NCBI GenBank assembly: GCA_964016885.1
Contig: OZ024742.1
Location: 30,938,001-31,002,000, forward strand
Direction of reading: 5' to 3'
Length of the DNA: 64,000 nucleotides
Source: Eledone cirrhosa
Lineage: Eukaryota
Shown here one piece after another: positions 1 to 11,890 of this stretch. Every line of letters starts with the position of its first letter. Position 1 is the stretch's first letter. The notes beneath the pieces are model-generated. The model made no database searches, was not told the DNA's origin, and saw nothing but the letters and a program-made list of their open reading frames with translations. A program made the position numbers and the translations under genes.

Positions 1-132
1 AGTAGTCCTTGCTCTTCCTCCCCTTTTCTTCTCCTTTATGGCATTTATAGTCATTTCCAATACTGTTTTTTTTTCTGTATGTTTAACCAAATAAAAATGT
101 TAATAAGTTTTATATATTTGTCTATATTTCAG

Positions 133-255
133 GAAATTATTGGTTGCTTTGTTTATGATGATACAGAGATGATATCACTGATGGGAGTTACCTACTGTGT
201 AAAAAGTATTACCGATTCTCAGTTAATTGCATTCAACGGTAACCATTATTTGATT
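133..255 (+). CDS. Candidate internal exon of an unidentified gene (EIIGCFVYDDTEMISLMGVTYCVKSITDSQLIAFNGNHYLI)
   Basis: Acceptor tatttcag, donor GTAAGT, 123 nt open in phase 0/0, non-repetitive sequence. Family not recognised with confidence. Confidence 0.55.
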
Positions 256-559
256 GTAAGTCAAACAGAATCAATGTTTATATTCTTCAAATGTACCTCA
301 AGATTTAAAAGTATTTTAGTAGCAGACTGGTTGAAGAAAACAGCACAGAAAATTCAAGAAAGACATTACTGAAATTCTTTAAGTCAAGACATATTTTCTA
401 TTTAAAAATGCTTCATCTAAGAATTTTAAAATGTGCTGTAAGATTTAAAAGTGCTTTTGGTAATGAAACAGGTGAAGAAAAAGTTGTCAAGTCATATGAA
501 CTTCAGAAAAGATGCTGCTACAAGACTTGTTTTATCGAAAGTGGGGTATGTTCTCTTTA

Positions 560-950
560 AAAATATCCTGCCAAAACCATTGGAACAAACGACAAGAAAC
601 ACCAGGATCTGAATGCCTTGCTTCCCTGTTCATAGATACATAAAAGCTCTGACATCTGGCAGCTGACTTGGCAGACACCCACAAGATTATTAACCATCTT
701 TACAACAATAACCCTTTTTGAATTCCATGTGTCAAACACCCGTGGACATGCTTACAAAATCAAAAAACAGGACAGCTTCCATGACTTTCAGAAACATATT
801 TTCATGCTCAGAGTTGCTGAAGCATGGAAAAAACTACTTGCATCAGTTGTTTCCTGTCGAGACACTGCATCCTTCAAAACTTACATGCTTCCCGAAATTC
901 ACCAACACTACACCTGATATTCCCCCTCCTTACACACACATGTGCTGGGC
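560..950 (+). mobile_element. CR1/L2-like LINE 3' fragment
   Basis: Same family as 2712-3400. Encodes SNTRGHAYKIKK...FRKHIFMLRVAEAW, a CR1-group RT C-terminus. Confidence 0.75.
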
Positions 951-1295
951 TTTTTAATTTGATCTCATTGACAACGAGGACTATGTTTTTAACAAAAAGT
1001 ATTTAATGTCCTTACAATGGCAAAATCCATCAAATGTCTGGTCTCTGACTGTGACAAACCATCCAACACATGCTAATGTAGAAAGTAGATGTAAAATGAG
1101 GATGGCTAGATTTTTTAAATTCAATACCTGTATGTATAACTTTTCAATTCCACTTACTTGCACCAAGCTAACTTTGATATGAGCTCCAAATCCGGCCCTG
1201 TGTTAGTGAGTATGTATATGTTGTGTTTGTGTTTGTGTATGTGTGTGTAACATGGGAAGGACTATTTGTATAGTGACGTCCATGAAATCTGCCAA

Positions 1296-1486
1296 CACCA
1301 TCACCACTACTACCACCAGCAGCAGCACCACTACCATTAGCACCAGCACTACCACCACCATCATCATCACCACCACCATCATCGTCGTCACCACCACAAC
1401 CACCATCATCACGACCACTATCATCAACATCACTATCACCATTGTCATCACCACCACCATCAACAGCATCACCACTACCACCACCA
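1296..1486 (+). repeat. (CAC/CAT)n trinucleotide low-complexity tract
   Basis: Directly visible. Source of the poly-T/poly-V ORFs. Confidence 0.9.
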
Positions 1487-1698
1487 TATATATATATATT
1501 GTCTCTAATGTAATTTACTGTCGGTTATATAATACAATACAGTATCATATTATCTTACAAACTCTTGTTATTCTAAATATATTTCAAGGATTTCAGCTTA
1601 TCTGTGTCTATACTGTGATAAATAAAATATTTTATATCAAAATTACATTGCGTTGATTTTTATGTTTAATTTTCCTCTACGAAAGAAACACTTGTGTC

Positions 1699-1741
<43 letters not shown>

Positions 1742-1824
1742 TTATCTCCCTTAAGCTCATGCTAAAAGAGTTATGGGACTTGACAATGCGACATTAACTG
1801 ACGATAGTTAAGATGTGTATGTAT

Positions 1825-2160
1825 GGTATGGTGTCGTAACTCCCGAGGGAGTCGTAGGGACGCCGTATTGATAAACGGTGTTTCTAGGGTATTTTAAAAC
1901 CTGGTGGAGCCTATCTCCTCTCTAGGTCTGAATACACCAGATTTCTTCCAGAGAAGGATAGAGAGAATGAATGAATAGAAGTGAGAAAGAGATATAGAGG
2001 AAGAATCGCCCCCTTGTACTAGACTGGTAATTTTTTGTATCGACCTCAAATGGATGAAAAACAAAGTTGAGCTCGTCAGGGTTTGAAATCAGAGAACAGA
2101 GCCGAAACAAATACCACATATTCTATCTGGCGTTCTAATGATTTTGTTAATCCACCACCT
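1825..2160 (-). mobile_element. tRNA-derived SINE with Nin/Deu-like core (related copies near 2525-2700, 12058-12270, 13240-13545, 23310-24345 cluster, 25312-25485, 29865-30220, 39590-39700)
   Basis: B-box-like GAGTTCAAATCC followed by AACTTTGCCTTTCATCC...GGTCGATAAAA...TACCAG in all copies. Confidence 0.75.
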
Positions 2161-2704
2161 TAATCAGGTGTGTAGCACTCAATTGAAGAATTTTGTAATG
2201 AAAAGGTGTGTTCTGGTGACTGGAGACTTCTGGTGTCCTTGGCCCTAGAACCACCTCCCTACCCACCAACATCAGCACGGAGTTGGTTACCCGCAGGTGT
2301 GAGCTTCGCGAGCAGGAATAGCTCTTCCAACGCGCCTCCCTCTCCATCCTCCAGGGAAACACCTTCCCTATTCTGTCCACCCAGGCCATGGGGCAGCCAG
2401 TGCGTGGGCTCCCATTTGCTTATAATAGTGAGAGATGGGAGAGACGGAAGCAGTGAGTGAAAGAGAGAGAACACCAATACTTATTTAGCTATTTATTTAT
2501 AATAATAAATAATGAATAAAATAATAATAATTGTTTCTACTTTTGGCACAAGGCCAGCAATTACCCAGTACATTACTGGTACTTTATTTTATCGACCCCA
2601 TAAGGATGAAAGGCAAAGTTAACCTCGGCGGGATTTGAACTCAGATCGTAAATGGACGTAACTCTTTGCTGCAAAGCATGGCGTCCGACCCTCTACCGAA
2701 TAAA

Positions 2705-3400
2705 ATAATAATAATGAAATTATTGTGTACAGTGCTCAGGTGCACTACAACTCATCAAAGGTGCATGTAAAATACATAGAATAATGTACAAATGTCAGGA
2801 AAATGAACAGAGTACGAGTCATGAAATACGTGTGTGTGTATGTATGGAGGAGGGACATCAGGTGTAGTGTTGGTGAATTTCGGGAAGCATGGATGTTTTA
2901 AAGGATGCAGTGTCTCGACAGCTAACAACTGATGCTGGTAATTGTTCCATGCTTCAGCAACTCTGAGCATAAAAAATGTTTCCGAAAGTCATGGGAACTG
3001 TGCTGTTTTCTTACTTTGTAGGCATGCCCACATGTGTTAGACACATGGAAATCAAAAAGGGGCTCAAGGTTGTTGTTGGCAAGATGGTTAATAATTTTGA
3101 GGGTGTTTACCAAGTCAGTTGCCAGACGTTGGAGCTTCAATGGATCCATGCCCAGGGAAGCAAGGCGTTCAGAGTATGGTAGATGCCTGATGGAGGGTAT
3201 TTGCTTGGCTGCACGTCTCTGAACAGTTTCCAGGAGGTCAATGTTCTGAGCAAGATAGGGGTTCCAGACTGGTGATACAGATTCTAAGTGTAGCTGCATC
3301 ATATCTCTATACAGCTTTAAATAGATAGCTGGAGAGCTGCTGACAAAGGTCTTGCTGAGTGATGCTAAGGCACCCTCAGCCTTCTTGACAATTTGTACTT
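2705..3400 (-). mobile_element. CR1/L2-like LINE 3' end with (ATT)n tail (shorter copies near 10895-11110, 12870-13070, 26460-26698, 38415-38670)
   Basis: ORF 2922-3302 reads WNPYLAQNIDLLETVQRRAAK...LPYSERLASLG...LQRLATDL, typical of a CR1-group RT C-terminus. Shared 3'UTR ending GTGCACCTGAGCACTGTACAC(ATT)n. Confidence 0.85.
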
Positions 3401-3683
3401 AAAACCTTGTTGTTATATCTTAGGAGCTGAACTTCCAACTGTCACAGATATTTCGTACTTTATGTCTAGTTTTATAATTAAAAACAAGAAAATCTATTCT
3501 TTTAGTTGATATAACTGAAGATAATATCTCTCAACTTCCTAATATTTAGTAATACCCACACATATTCAAACACAGACACACACACACACATATATATACA
3601 CACATACACATATATATATCGACACACATACACACATTTATATTTATTTTTTATAAATTATATTTCTGCTTTCTTCTTTACAG

Positions 3684-3788
3684 AAATATGAAATCAGTAA
3701 AATGATGGCTAGAGAAGTTTCTATAAATATAAAAAAATTGGACGGCATTTATGATGAGCTGACCACCCCTCCCCACCAAAAATCTTGA
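3684..3788 (+). CDS. Candidate terminal exon (KYEISKMMAREVSINIKKLDGIYDELTTPPHQKS*)
   Basis: Strong acceptor ttctgctttcttctttacag, phase-0 ORF to TGA, frame-compatible with the 133-255 exon. Confidence 0.35.
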   Translation, partial: KYEISKMMAREVSINIKKLDGIYDELTTPPHQKS

Positions 3789-3984
3789 TAGTAGGCCTTG
3801 GCCAGATGTAAAATATAGCTCCCTAAAGCTGGTTTTAAGCCTAGCCCAGATGTAAAATGTAGGCTTCCCTCTCATTCTCCAAAGCTGGTAATTGGCTCAG
3901 GCTAGATATAACATGTAGGCTCCCCTCTCACCACACAAAGCTGGTAGGCTCCTCTCCCCCTCCAAAGCTAGTAATGAAATACAA

Positions 3985-4345
3985 CGAATATCAAAGGGCT
4001 GGAGAGAAATGAAGTAAGCATGCTTCGATGGATGGGCAATGTTAATATGTGAGAATGAGAAAACATAGATGAATTGAGAGATTAATTGAGTATAAGAGGA
4101 ATCAGATGTGTGCAGGAGAGGAGACTGAGCTGGTATGGACATGTGATGCTCATGGATGATGATCTCTGGGTAAAGAAGTGCCAAGAAATACCAGTGGAAG
4201 GAAATCACAAAGAGGACCTGAGCAGAGGTGGTGAGAGCTGATCGCAAATCACTGGAGTTCATAGAGGAGATTATGAAGGAATTTGGCAAGTGGAGAGATG
4301 CTGTGCTGAAACAGACATGTCCAACCCATGCAATCATGGAACTGC
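3985..4345 (+). mobile_element. Old RTE LINE 3' remnant
   Basis: Decayed LERNE..MLRWM...GIRCV.ERRL.WYGHVM sequence. Confidence 0.7.
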
Positions 4346-5495
4346 AGACATAGAATACTATTGTTGATGGCGGTGGAGGAGTTGTGGTGATGGTGGTGGT
4401 TGTGGTGGTGATGATGATGATGATGAAAGTAACTGGGACAAACATCAACAACACCCCACCACCACCCCAACCAACAACAACACCCCACCACTACCCCCCC
4501 CCCCCCCCCCGACCACCACCACCATCAACAACAAATATTCTATGATATAACCTTAAATGGCAGTAAAATAATGAAGAGAATATTTTGTTCCTGTGAAATT
4601 GTGAAATTTTTTTTTCAATTGTTTCCTTAATTTATTTTTAAATACCTGTTTTTTTAATTTTTCTTCTCTGCTTTTGTTGTTATATTTGTTTGTTTTCATT
4701 GCCCCCACCCTTTTTTTTTCTCTCCAGAAGTTTTACTTTAAATATGACAACCCCCACTTCATGGTAACATGTGGTATATATTAGGGATATAACACTAAAC
4801 AGTCTCTCTCTCCCTTTAACATACTGTCTCTCTCTCTTTCTTTAACACTAAACAGATGTCTCTCTCTCTCTCTTCCTTTAACTTTCTCTGTCTCTGTTCC
4901 TTCCTTTTACATACTATCTCTCTCTCTCGCGCACATGCTCTGTCCCTTCCTTCAACATATTGTCTATCTCTCTCTCCCTCTCTCTGTCCTTACCCATAAC
5001 ATACTCTCTCTCTCTCTCTCTCCATTCACTTAACATACTCTCTCTACCCTACCCCAACAACTGTTTTAATCTATGTAAACAAGGTCAGAGGAACTGTTTT
5101 TCTGAAGTAGGGGACACATACACATATGTATATATATTTAAATACACATACAAACATAATTTTAAAAATAAATATTTGTATATACGCACGCATACTCACA
5201 TACATACACACACATATACATACATAAGCACATATGGACACACACATACACAAAAGCACTCACATACATACATACAAACACACTCATTCATATACATAAA
5301 CAGGTACACAAAAAACATGCTCACACATTACTTATTCTTATTTTTCTCTCAGTAAGTCTCACACACACACGCACACATATATACTGGGGGTGTTGTGTCA
5401 TCATCATCATTTAACGTCCATCTTCCACGCTTGCATGGGTTTTAAAAAAAGAAGTGAAGGAATACATTTTGACAGTACTATTGAAATGATGGAGG

Positions 5496-5531
<36 letters not shown>

Positions 5532-5620
5532 GTGTTAGGTAATTCCAAAGGAAAAAACGAGTGCTCTATGTACAGAACAGAGCTATTTAATAAGAAAGTG
5601 AACAACACAAAATATAACTA

Positions 5621-5688
5621 CTCCATTACCAAAGGTTTCTGGATCCCAGACAATAATGATATATGTCTGGATTGGTCATCAGACAGAG
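5621..5688 (-). ncRNA. Type I hammerhead ribozyme fold inside inverted repeat 5593-5631 / 5698-5736
   Basis: Minus strand reads ctctgt-CTGATGA-stem II (ATCCAGACA/TGTCTGGGAT)-GAAACC-TTT-GGTA-atggag. 6-bp stem I including G-U pairs, GUA triplet; base of stem II is mismatched. Confidence 0.65.
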
Positions 5689-5758
5689 ATGTGGTATTGG
5701 TAATGGAGTAGTTATATTTTGTGTTGTTCACTTTCTAACTAAAGATATATATAATATA

Positions 5759-6660
5759 CTAGCAGAATGGCCCGGTGTTGCTTGGGCTTCTAAACATAGA
5801 TTGGCATGTTTATCCCTCCTTTCTGAAACGGTACAGAGAAGTACGGAATACCTCGGCCTGGGGATGGTGTCGACATTTTGTGCTTGGGCAAATAATTTTC
5901 CATTAAGATTTTTCAAAAGCATGTAATTGCGTTCCTTCTCTTTTTTGTTGTTGTTTTTGCTGCTGTTGGTGTGATAGCAGCCATTGGTCGTAATACTAAC
6001 ACAGTCTCGTCCTTCTTCAGCCAATAGTGTATATCCTCTTCTGCCTTGTCTAACCTAAACAATGATTGTAGCACCTCCTTGTACACAATGTTCCTTGTTC
6101 TTCCGTGTTGGGCATATGCAAAGAGATTTGTCTTGCTTCCCACTCTTAAGCAGCCAACGTATAGTTGCCCGTGTGAAAAACATGACTCTTCCAAAAGAAG
6201 ACCAGCAACACCTAGGGTCTGACCCTGGGATTTGTTGATAGACATTGCAAAGCTGACACGGTTTGGCGAATGGTTCGTTGGTTGTCTGTTTCAAGTGCTC
6301 TTCTGGTGGCAGTATGTTCAGCATCTTGTGACCGTCAAATAACAGATTCCACTGACGATTCGGTTGCCCGCCTTGTTCTTTTTCTTGTCGCTTTCGCAGT
6401 ATTTCGGCCAATGGAGTATCTCTTCCTTTGAGGCATGACATAAAAGCAGGACGAAGTACACTAAGACTAACTGGTAGAGTAAGGAGTAAACTCATCAGTG
6501 ATGCATGTGATTTCCAAACCGTTGACTATGTAATTGTTGGCCTTGTGCCAAAAGTAGTGGGACTTTTTGGGTGGCATATCGGCAGTAACAATGACGATAA
6601 GCCGTCTGTGCTTTCGTGAAATAAATAAGTTTGTTTATATTTTGTTTTTGTGTATGCAAA
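5759..6660 (-). mobile_element. Internally deleted Helitron (Rep/Hel N-terminus fused to Pif1 helicase C-terminus)
   Basis: ORF 5913-6245 FAMSINKSQGQTL...CFSHGQLYVGCLRVGS...TRNIVYKEVL is the Helitron Pif1 C-terminus. 3' hairpin GCCC-N10-GGGC and terminal CTAG|T at 5762-5758. 5' boundary approximate. Confidence 0.85.
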
Positions 6661-6674
6661 AATATCTATATATA

Positions 6675-8661
6675 TCATCATCATCATCTTCGTTTAACGT
6701 CCATCTTCCACGCTAGCATGGGTTAGATGGGAGTTGTCCCACTTGAGGCAAGGTTGGTCGGGTGACCGTGCCTCGCTCATATAGGACTATCTGGCAGGTT
6801 TTCTACGGCTGGATGCCCTTCCTAACACCAACCACATTTACACTGTGGAACTGGGAACTTTTTACCATGTTACCTACACGGCCACATTACAGCGTGGACT
6901 GTGTGTTTTTTTTCTCGTGACACCTACACGATCTCGATCTCATTATATCATTTATTTGGACTGGATGTTGTGGTACCAACTGTACAGAGAGAGGGTGGTG
7001 TTGGTGGGAGTGGGAGGATAGGGTAGGGGTAGTGGATTAGGGTGTATATTTGGTTAAGAGGTGCCTACTGACTAGGTTTCACTTTGTACATAGGCAAGGC
7101 AGGTCTTTTGTATTACTGTGTAGCGCCAAAGATCTCGGTCCAATGACATTGTCTTAGAGAGGTGCAAGTGTGTAAGGTCGGAATTTATCAGATTGTCCCA
7201 GGTTTTTCTGGGTCTACCTACTCCGTAACTACCATCAATTTTGATTGCCCTGCACTTTTTTATACAGCTGTCGTCTTTCATGCGCATCACGTGGCCATAC
7301 CAACGTAGTCTTCTCTCAAGTAAACAGCATCTGATCCCTCTTATTCCTAATTTCTCACTTAGTTCATTTATGCTTTGCTGTCACGTATATTACTATTACA
7401 CATCCAACGGAGCATGCATGCTTCGTTCTTTTCCAGTCTGCACAGGTCCTCTGCACGTAATGCCATGTAGGATTGCTGTTCGTATACAAGCATCATACAA
7501 TCTGCTTTTCATTTTTAGAGAGAAACCTTTTGTGACCAACAGCGGTATAAGCTCTCTGAACTTTTTCCATCCCGTTGACTCTGGCTACTGTACTTTCAGA
7601 ACACCCTCCACCACTGCTGATTTCGTCACCCAGGTAACGGAAAGTGTCTACTATTTCTATAGAACCATCTGGGCAATAGAGGGAGCTAGTATCCTGTGGG
7701 CACTTGCTACCTATTGCACCTGAGAATTGGCCACATATAAAGTCTACGTTCTTAGATAGTTTACCTGTGATCCCACTACATCTTTTATGTACCCATACTT
7801 TGCATTTGGGACATAAAATGGAATTTCTGCCTACTCCTTTCCTACACACTGAGCATGGCCATTTCCCTGAGAGTACCTGTGCCTTATTTTCCTTTCTACA
7901 AACTAGGACTTTAGTCTTAGACAAGTTAACTTTAAGGCCTTTTGATTCTAGGCCATGCTTCCATGTTTGGAATTTCTTCTCTAGTTCAGCCATTGATTCA
8001 GCTATGAGCGTTAGATCATCTGCATATAGGAGTTCCCATGGGCAGCCGGTCTTGAACTCCTCTGTTATAGCCTGAAGGGCAATAATAAATAGGAGCGGGC
8101 TAAGGACAGAGCCTTGGTGAACACCAACTTTTACACTAAATTCTTCACAATATTCATTGTTAATTCTAACTTTACTGACTGTTTCATTATACATAGCTTG
8201 TATAGCTCTCACAAGCCATTCATCTACACCTAGTTTTCTAAGAGCCCACCAGATAATGGAGCGGGGGGACTCTGTCAAAGGCTTTCTCCAGGTCTACAAA
8301 AGCTAAGTAGAGGGGTTTACTTTTAGCTAGGTACTTCTCTTGTAGTTGTCATACAAGGAAAAGAGCATCTGTGATACTTTTACCTGACACAAACCCAAAC
8401 TGCATTTCATCTAGGTCAATTCTCTCTCTGATTAGTTGCGCTATAACTCTTTCTGTGACCTTCATGACCTGGTCAACTAACTTAATGCCTCTATAGTTTC
8501 CTCTATCTAGAGCATCTCCTTTACCCTTGTAGCAGTTAATGATGATGCTGTTACGCCAGTCTTTTGGTGTGACCCCATTCTGTATTACTTGGTTAACTAT
8601 ATGGGTGACCATAGTATATCCCACCATTCCAGATGCCTTCAACATCTCAGCAACTATCTCC
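6675..8661 (-). mobile_element. RTE-clade LINE, 5'-truncated, disrupted RT with PHD-like finger, (GAT)n tail
   Basis: KGKGDALDRGNYRGIKL, GVHQGSVLSPLLF, ELLYADDL, CSVC...CPKCKVWVHKRC, WYGHVMR; frameshifts and stops present. Confidence 0.93.
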
Positions 8662-8698
8662 AAAATATATATATATATATATTAAAATAACAGATTCA

Positions 8699-8749
8699 AG
8701 TTTAAGCAAAGAATCGCTGCTTTCACCCTTAACGGGATCTTCTGAAACT
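8699..8749 (-). ncRNA. Variant-core hammerhead fold (CAGAAGA) in Penelope-family 3' end (~8680-8890)
   Basis: agttt-CAGAAGA-tCCC-gttaa-GGGt-GAAA-GCA-loop-TGC-TT-aaact. Stems I, II and III all pair. Same motif at 62050-62100 and, decayed, at 44978-45023. Confidence 0.55.
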
Positions 8750-10430
8750 AAAAAAATCAATCTATGAACGCAGAAGTAAATATTTCGTAAAACGTTGCAA
8801 CCGAAGGAAAACAGGAAGACGATACTTTGGTTCGTGAAGACGTTCCCTGGCAAAGAACGGAAAATAGCGAAGATAATACGTCACCAATGAGAACAATATT
8901 TGTCATAATGTTGTAATGTAGACAGCCGACACACAGATAGATATTATAAGGGTGCAACGTTATAGCTATGTATCTATCTAAAAAGACAGAGATATCGATA
9001 ACTGGCGCCTAACTCCCCTTTAACATAAGAAAATTGAAAAATAAAAGCTGCAGTTAATATCTTTAGACCACAAGGAATATATAAATGCAAGTTTGAAGTC
9101 AATTGGAGTAGAAATGTGGATTTGTATAGACTTTGCAAAAATTAGGATACACAGAGACAATTTCAGTTTTATATAGATGTATAGATATACACATATATAT
9201 ATGTATGTATGAGTACCAGCTATAACTGGGATTTTAACCCTGCGATAGATTGGCATCATGTCCAGTGGGGAGTCTTGTACTCTCAGTTGCTTAACACCAT
9301 GGAAACCAGGAGAGGGCTTGGCCTGATGAGCCTCCAGGCTTGAGACAGACTTTAACACTGTGATAGACTGGTGTCCTGTCCAGGGAGGGAGTCTTGTACT
9401 CTCAGACACTTCATGTCTTAGAAATTGGGATAAGCACTTGCATGATGAACCTTTGGGCTCAAGACAGACTTTAGATATAGAAAATATATTGAATTCTACA
9501 ATATTAAATAACAAAATGTCATGATTCTCTTTTCTCTTTCTCAACAACATAAAAAAACTGACCCAAAATTTACCAACTTTACTAAATAATTTCTGTCAAT
9601 GTCTACCACACCTAGTTTCTTCCTTGGTCTTTGTTTATCTTTAATATTCTATCTAGTTTATAATGTTGCGTAAAATGTCCATTAAAAACAGCAACAAATC
9701 TTAAATAAACAGTTATTTTAATTTTGAAATAAACTCCATTTTCATAGTTTTGTTTTAATAAAAAGAAATATATATATAAAATATAAAAGGATTTATTGCA
9801 GTGTTTATTTTAAAGAGTTATAGAAAAGTTAAATAAATTTGAAACGTTTTAACTAATATTGTACACACACACACACACGTGTGTGTATAAGCAAATAAAT
9901 TCAATTACTAATGTACACACATAATTACTTCTCTTCTTCATGAGAGGGTTGTGAGAGCAGAGTCCTGAAACATCCTTCCAGAAGCAACAATCTTCAACTG
10001 ATCTGGCTGGATACCCAAGCAAGACCAGCTGATCTCATGGATGTTATCCAACTATCATGTTCAGGATCTACCCCTGGGTCTCCTGTCGGTTGGTTTTGCT
10101 TGTTAAATCTGTTCAGTGATTTTTTTCTGAGACATTCTAACCACATATCCATAGTATCAAAGCTGTGATCTCTCAATTCAGAGAAGTAGAGGTTCTACCC
10201 GGAATGAGTCTGATCTCCAAGCTACAAATCCGTCCAGTGATTCTTTCCCGAGACATTCTAACCACATGAAGCTCTTTGCTCCAAATATAAGAATTCACTC
10301 CTCACACACTATTAATTGATTTTTGCAATCACAGACCATCACAACATTGTTCAAGTTCCAGTTTTTCTGTCTTGTGTAAAATTTGAGCAGCGCCACTAAT
10401 GATATTGAAAATTTGAGGAAAATCTTCCAT

Positions 10431-10705
10431 CAACAAGACATTCTTAAGAAGTACAAAACATCACTATGACTGCATAACATTAAATATTAAAGTCTTTACT
10501 TTAATTTACTGTAAATTTTTACAACACTCAGTCCACTAATAAAGACACTATAAACATTTGAATTAATAAACCACTTTAACAAGACATTCTTGAAAAGTAC
10601 AAAGTATCACTATGACTGCATAACATTAAATATTGAAGTCTTTACTTTACTGTAAATTTTTGCAACAGTCAGTTCACTAATAAAGATACTATAAATATTA
10701 ACAAA
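10431..10705 (+). repeat. Tandem duplication of a ~147-bp unit
   Basis: aacaagacattctt...catcactatgactgcataacattaaatatt...agtctttacttta occurs twice, at ~10432 and ~10578. Confidence 0.85.
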
Positions 10706-11197
10706 CCAGTCTTTAAGCAGTGTTCTGCATGATCTAATATTTATAATGCTCGACATATGATCATAATGTTGTCGGTTCAATTCGTCAGCAAAACACTTTA
10801 TTTCATGTTTCAGCTGAGAGTGAGTACCAGCAATAGCTATGGAGTTAATCCTACGCTAAAACGATGTCCTATCCAGTGAGTGTTTTGAAAAAAACCTGCA
10901 TCAGTTATTAGCTGTCGGGACAATGCATCCTTCAAAACTTTCACACTTGCCGAAATTCACCAACACTACACCCGATATTCCCTCTCCATACACATGCACG
11001 CATGTGTGTATATCATGACTCATATACTGTTCACTTTCCTGACATATGTACATTATTCTATGTACTATACATGCACCTGAGAACTGTACACAATTTTCAT
11101 TATTATTATTAAACCCAGATAGTTAATTGCAAGGAAACTGGGGATAAGCACTGGTCTGACGGGCTTTTGGCTTAGAACAAATTTTAACTAACTTTAA

Positions 11198-11409
11198 CCC
11201 TTTAGCATTTAAACCAGCTATATCTGGCCAAAATTCTCTCACCTATTTCTGTTCAAACTGGCCACTCTGGCTGATGTTAAGGTATTGTTCTCAAAATAAA
11301 TAATATCAAAATCTCATAGATTCAAATATTATGTGAAATAATTATGTATGGTAAAGCCTTTATCATGAAAATACAATAGTAATTATAGAGTAATGTAAAT
11401 GCTCAAGGG
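11198..11409 (+). mobile_element. piggyBac-type MITE
   Basis: TTAA|CCCTTTAGCATTTA ... TAAATGCTCAAGGG|TTAA. Same family as 33150-33336 and partial copies at ~23795-23927 and ~24348-24383. Confidence 0.85.
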
Positions 11410-11842
11410 TTAAACCCAGATACTTAATGCCAAGGAAATTAGGGAGAGGCACTGGCCTGGTGAGCTTTTGGCTTTAACTAACTTTAAGCAATGTTCAGCT
11501 AAATCATTAAAAGATGTTAAGAAATAATATAGTTTATATTCTGTGTCCACCCTTAAAAAAAGGAAGAAGATAAAACACTATGAAATTATTTTTACTCGTA
11601 AACTACTTTAGCTTATCAAGATGCAATTTTAGTTCTTCGGTCATTACACTGTCTTATCATAAACTAATTCTAGTTCCTTGGTCATTACAGAACTTAATTG
11701 ACTGTTAAACCTAGATTTGTGTCATCAACAGCAAAGTTGAAACTTCACCCTGCCTCTCTTTACAAATATATATATGTGCACATATATACAGATGTATACA
11801 CACACACATATGCGTATAAATACATATATATATATATTTGTA

Positions 11843-11890
<48 letters not shown>

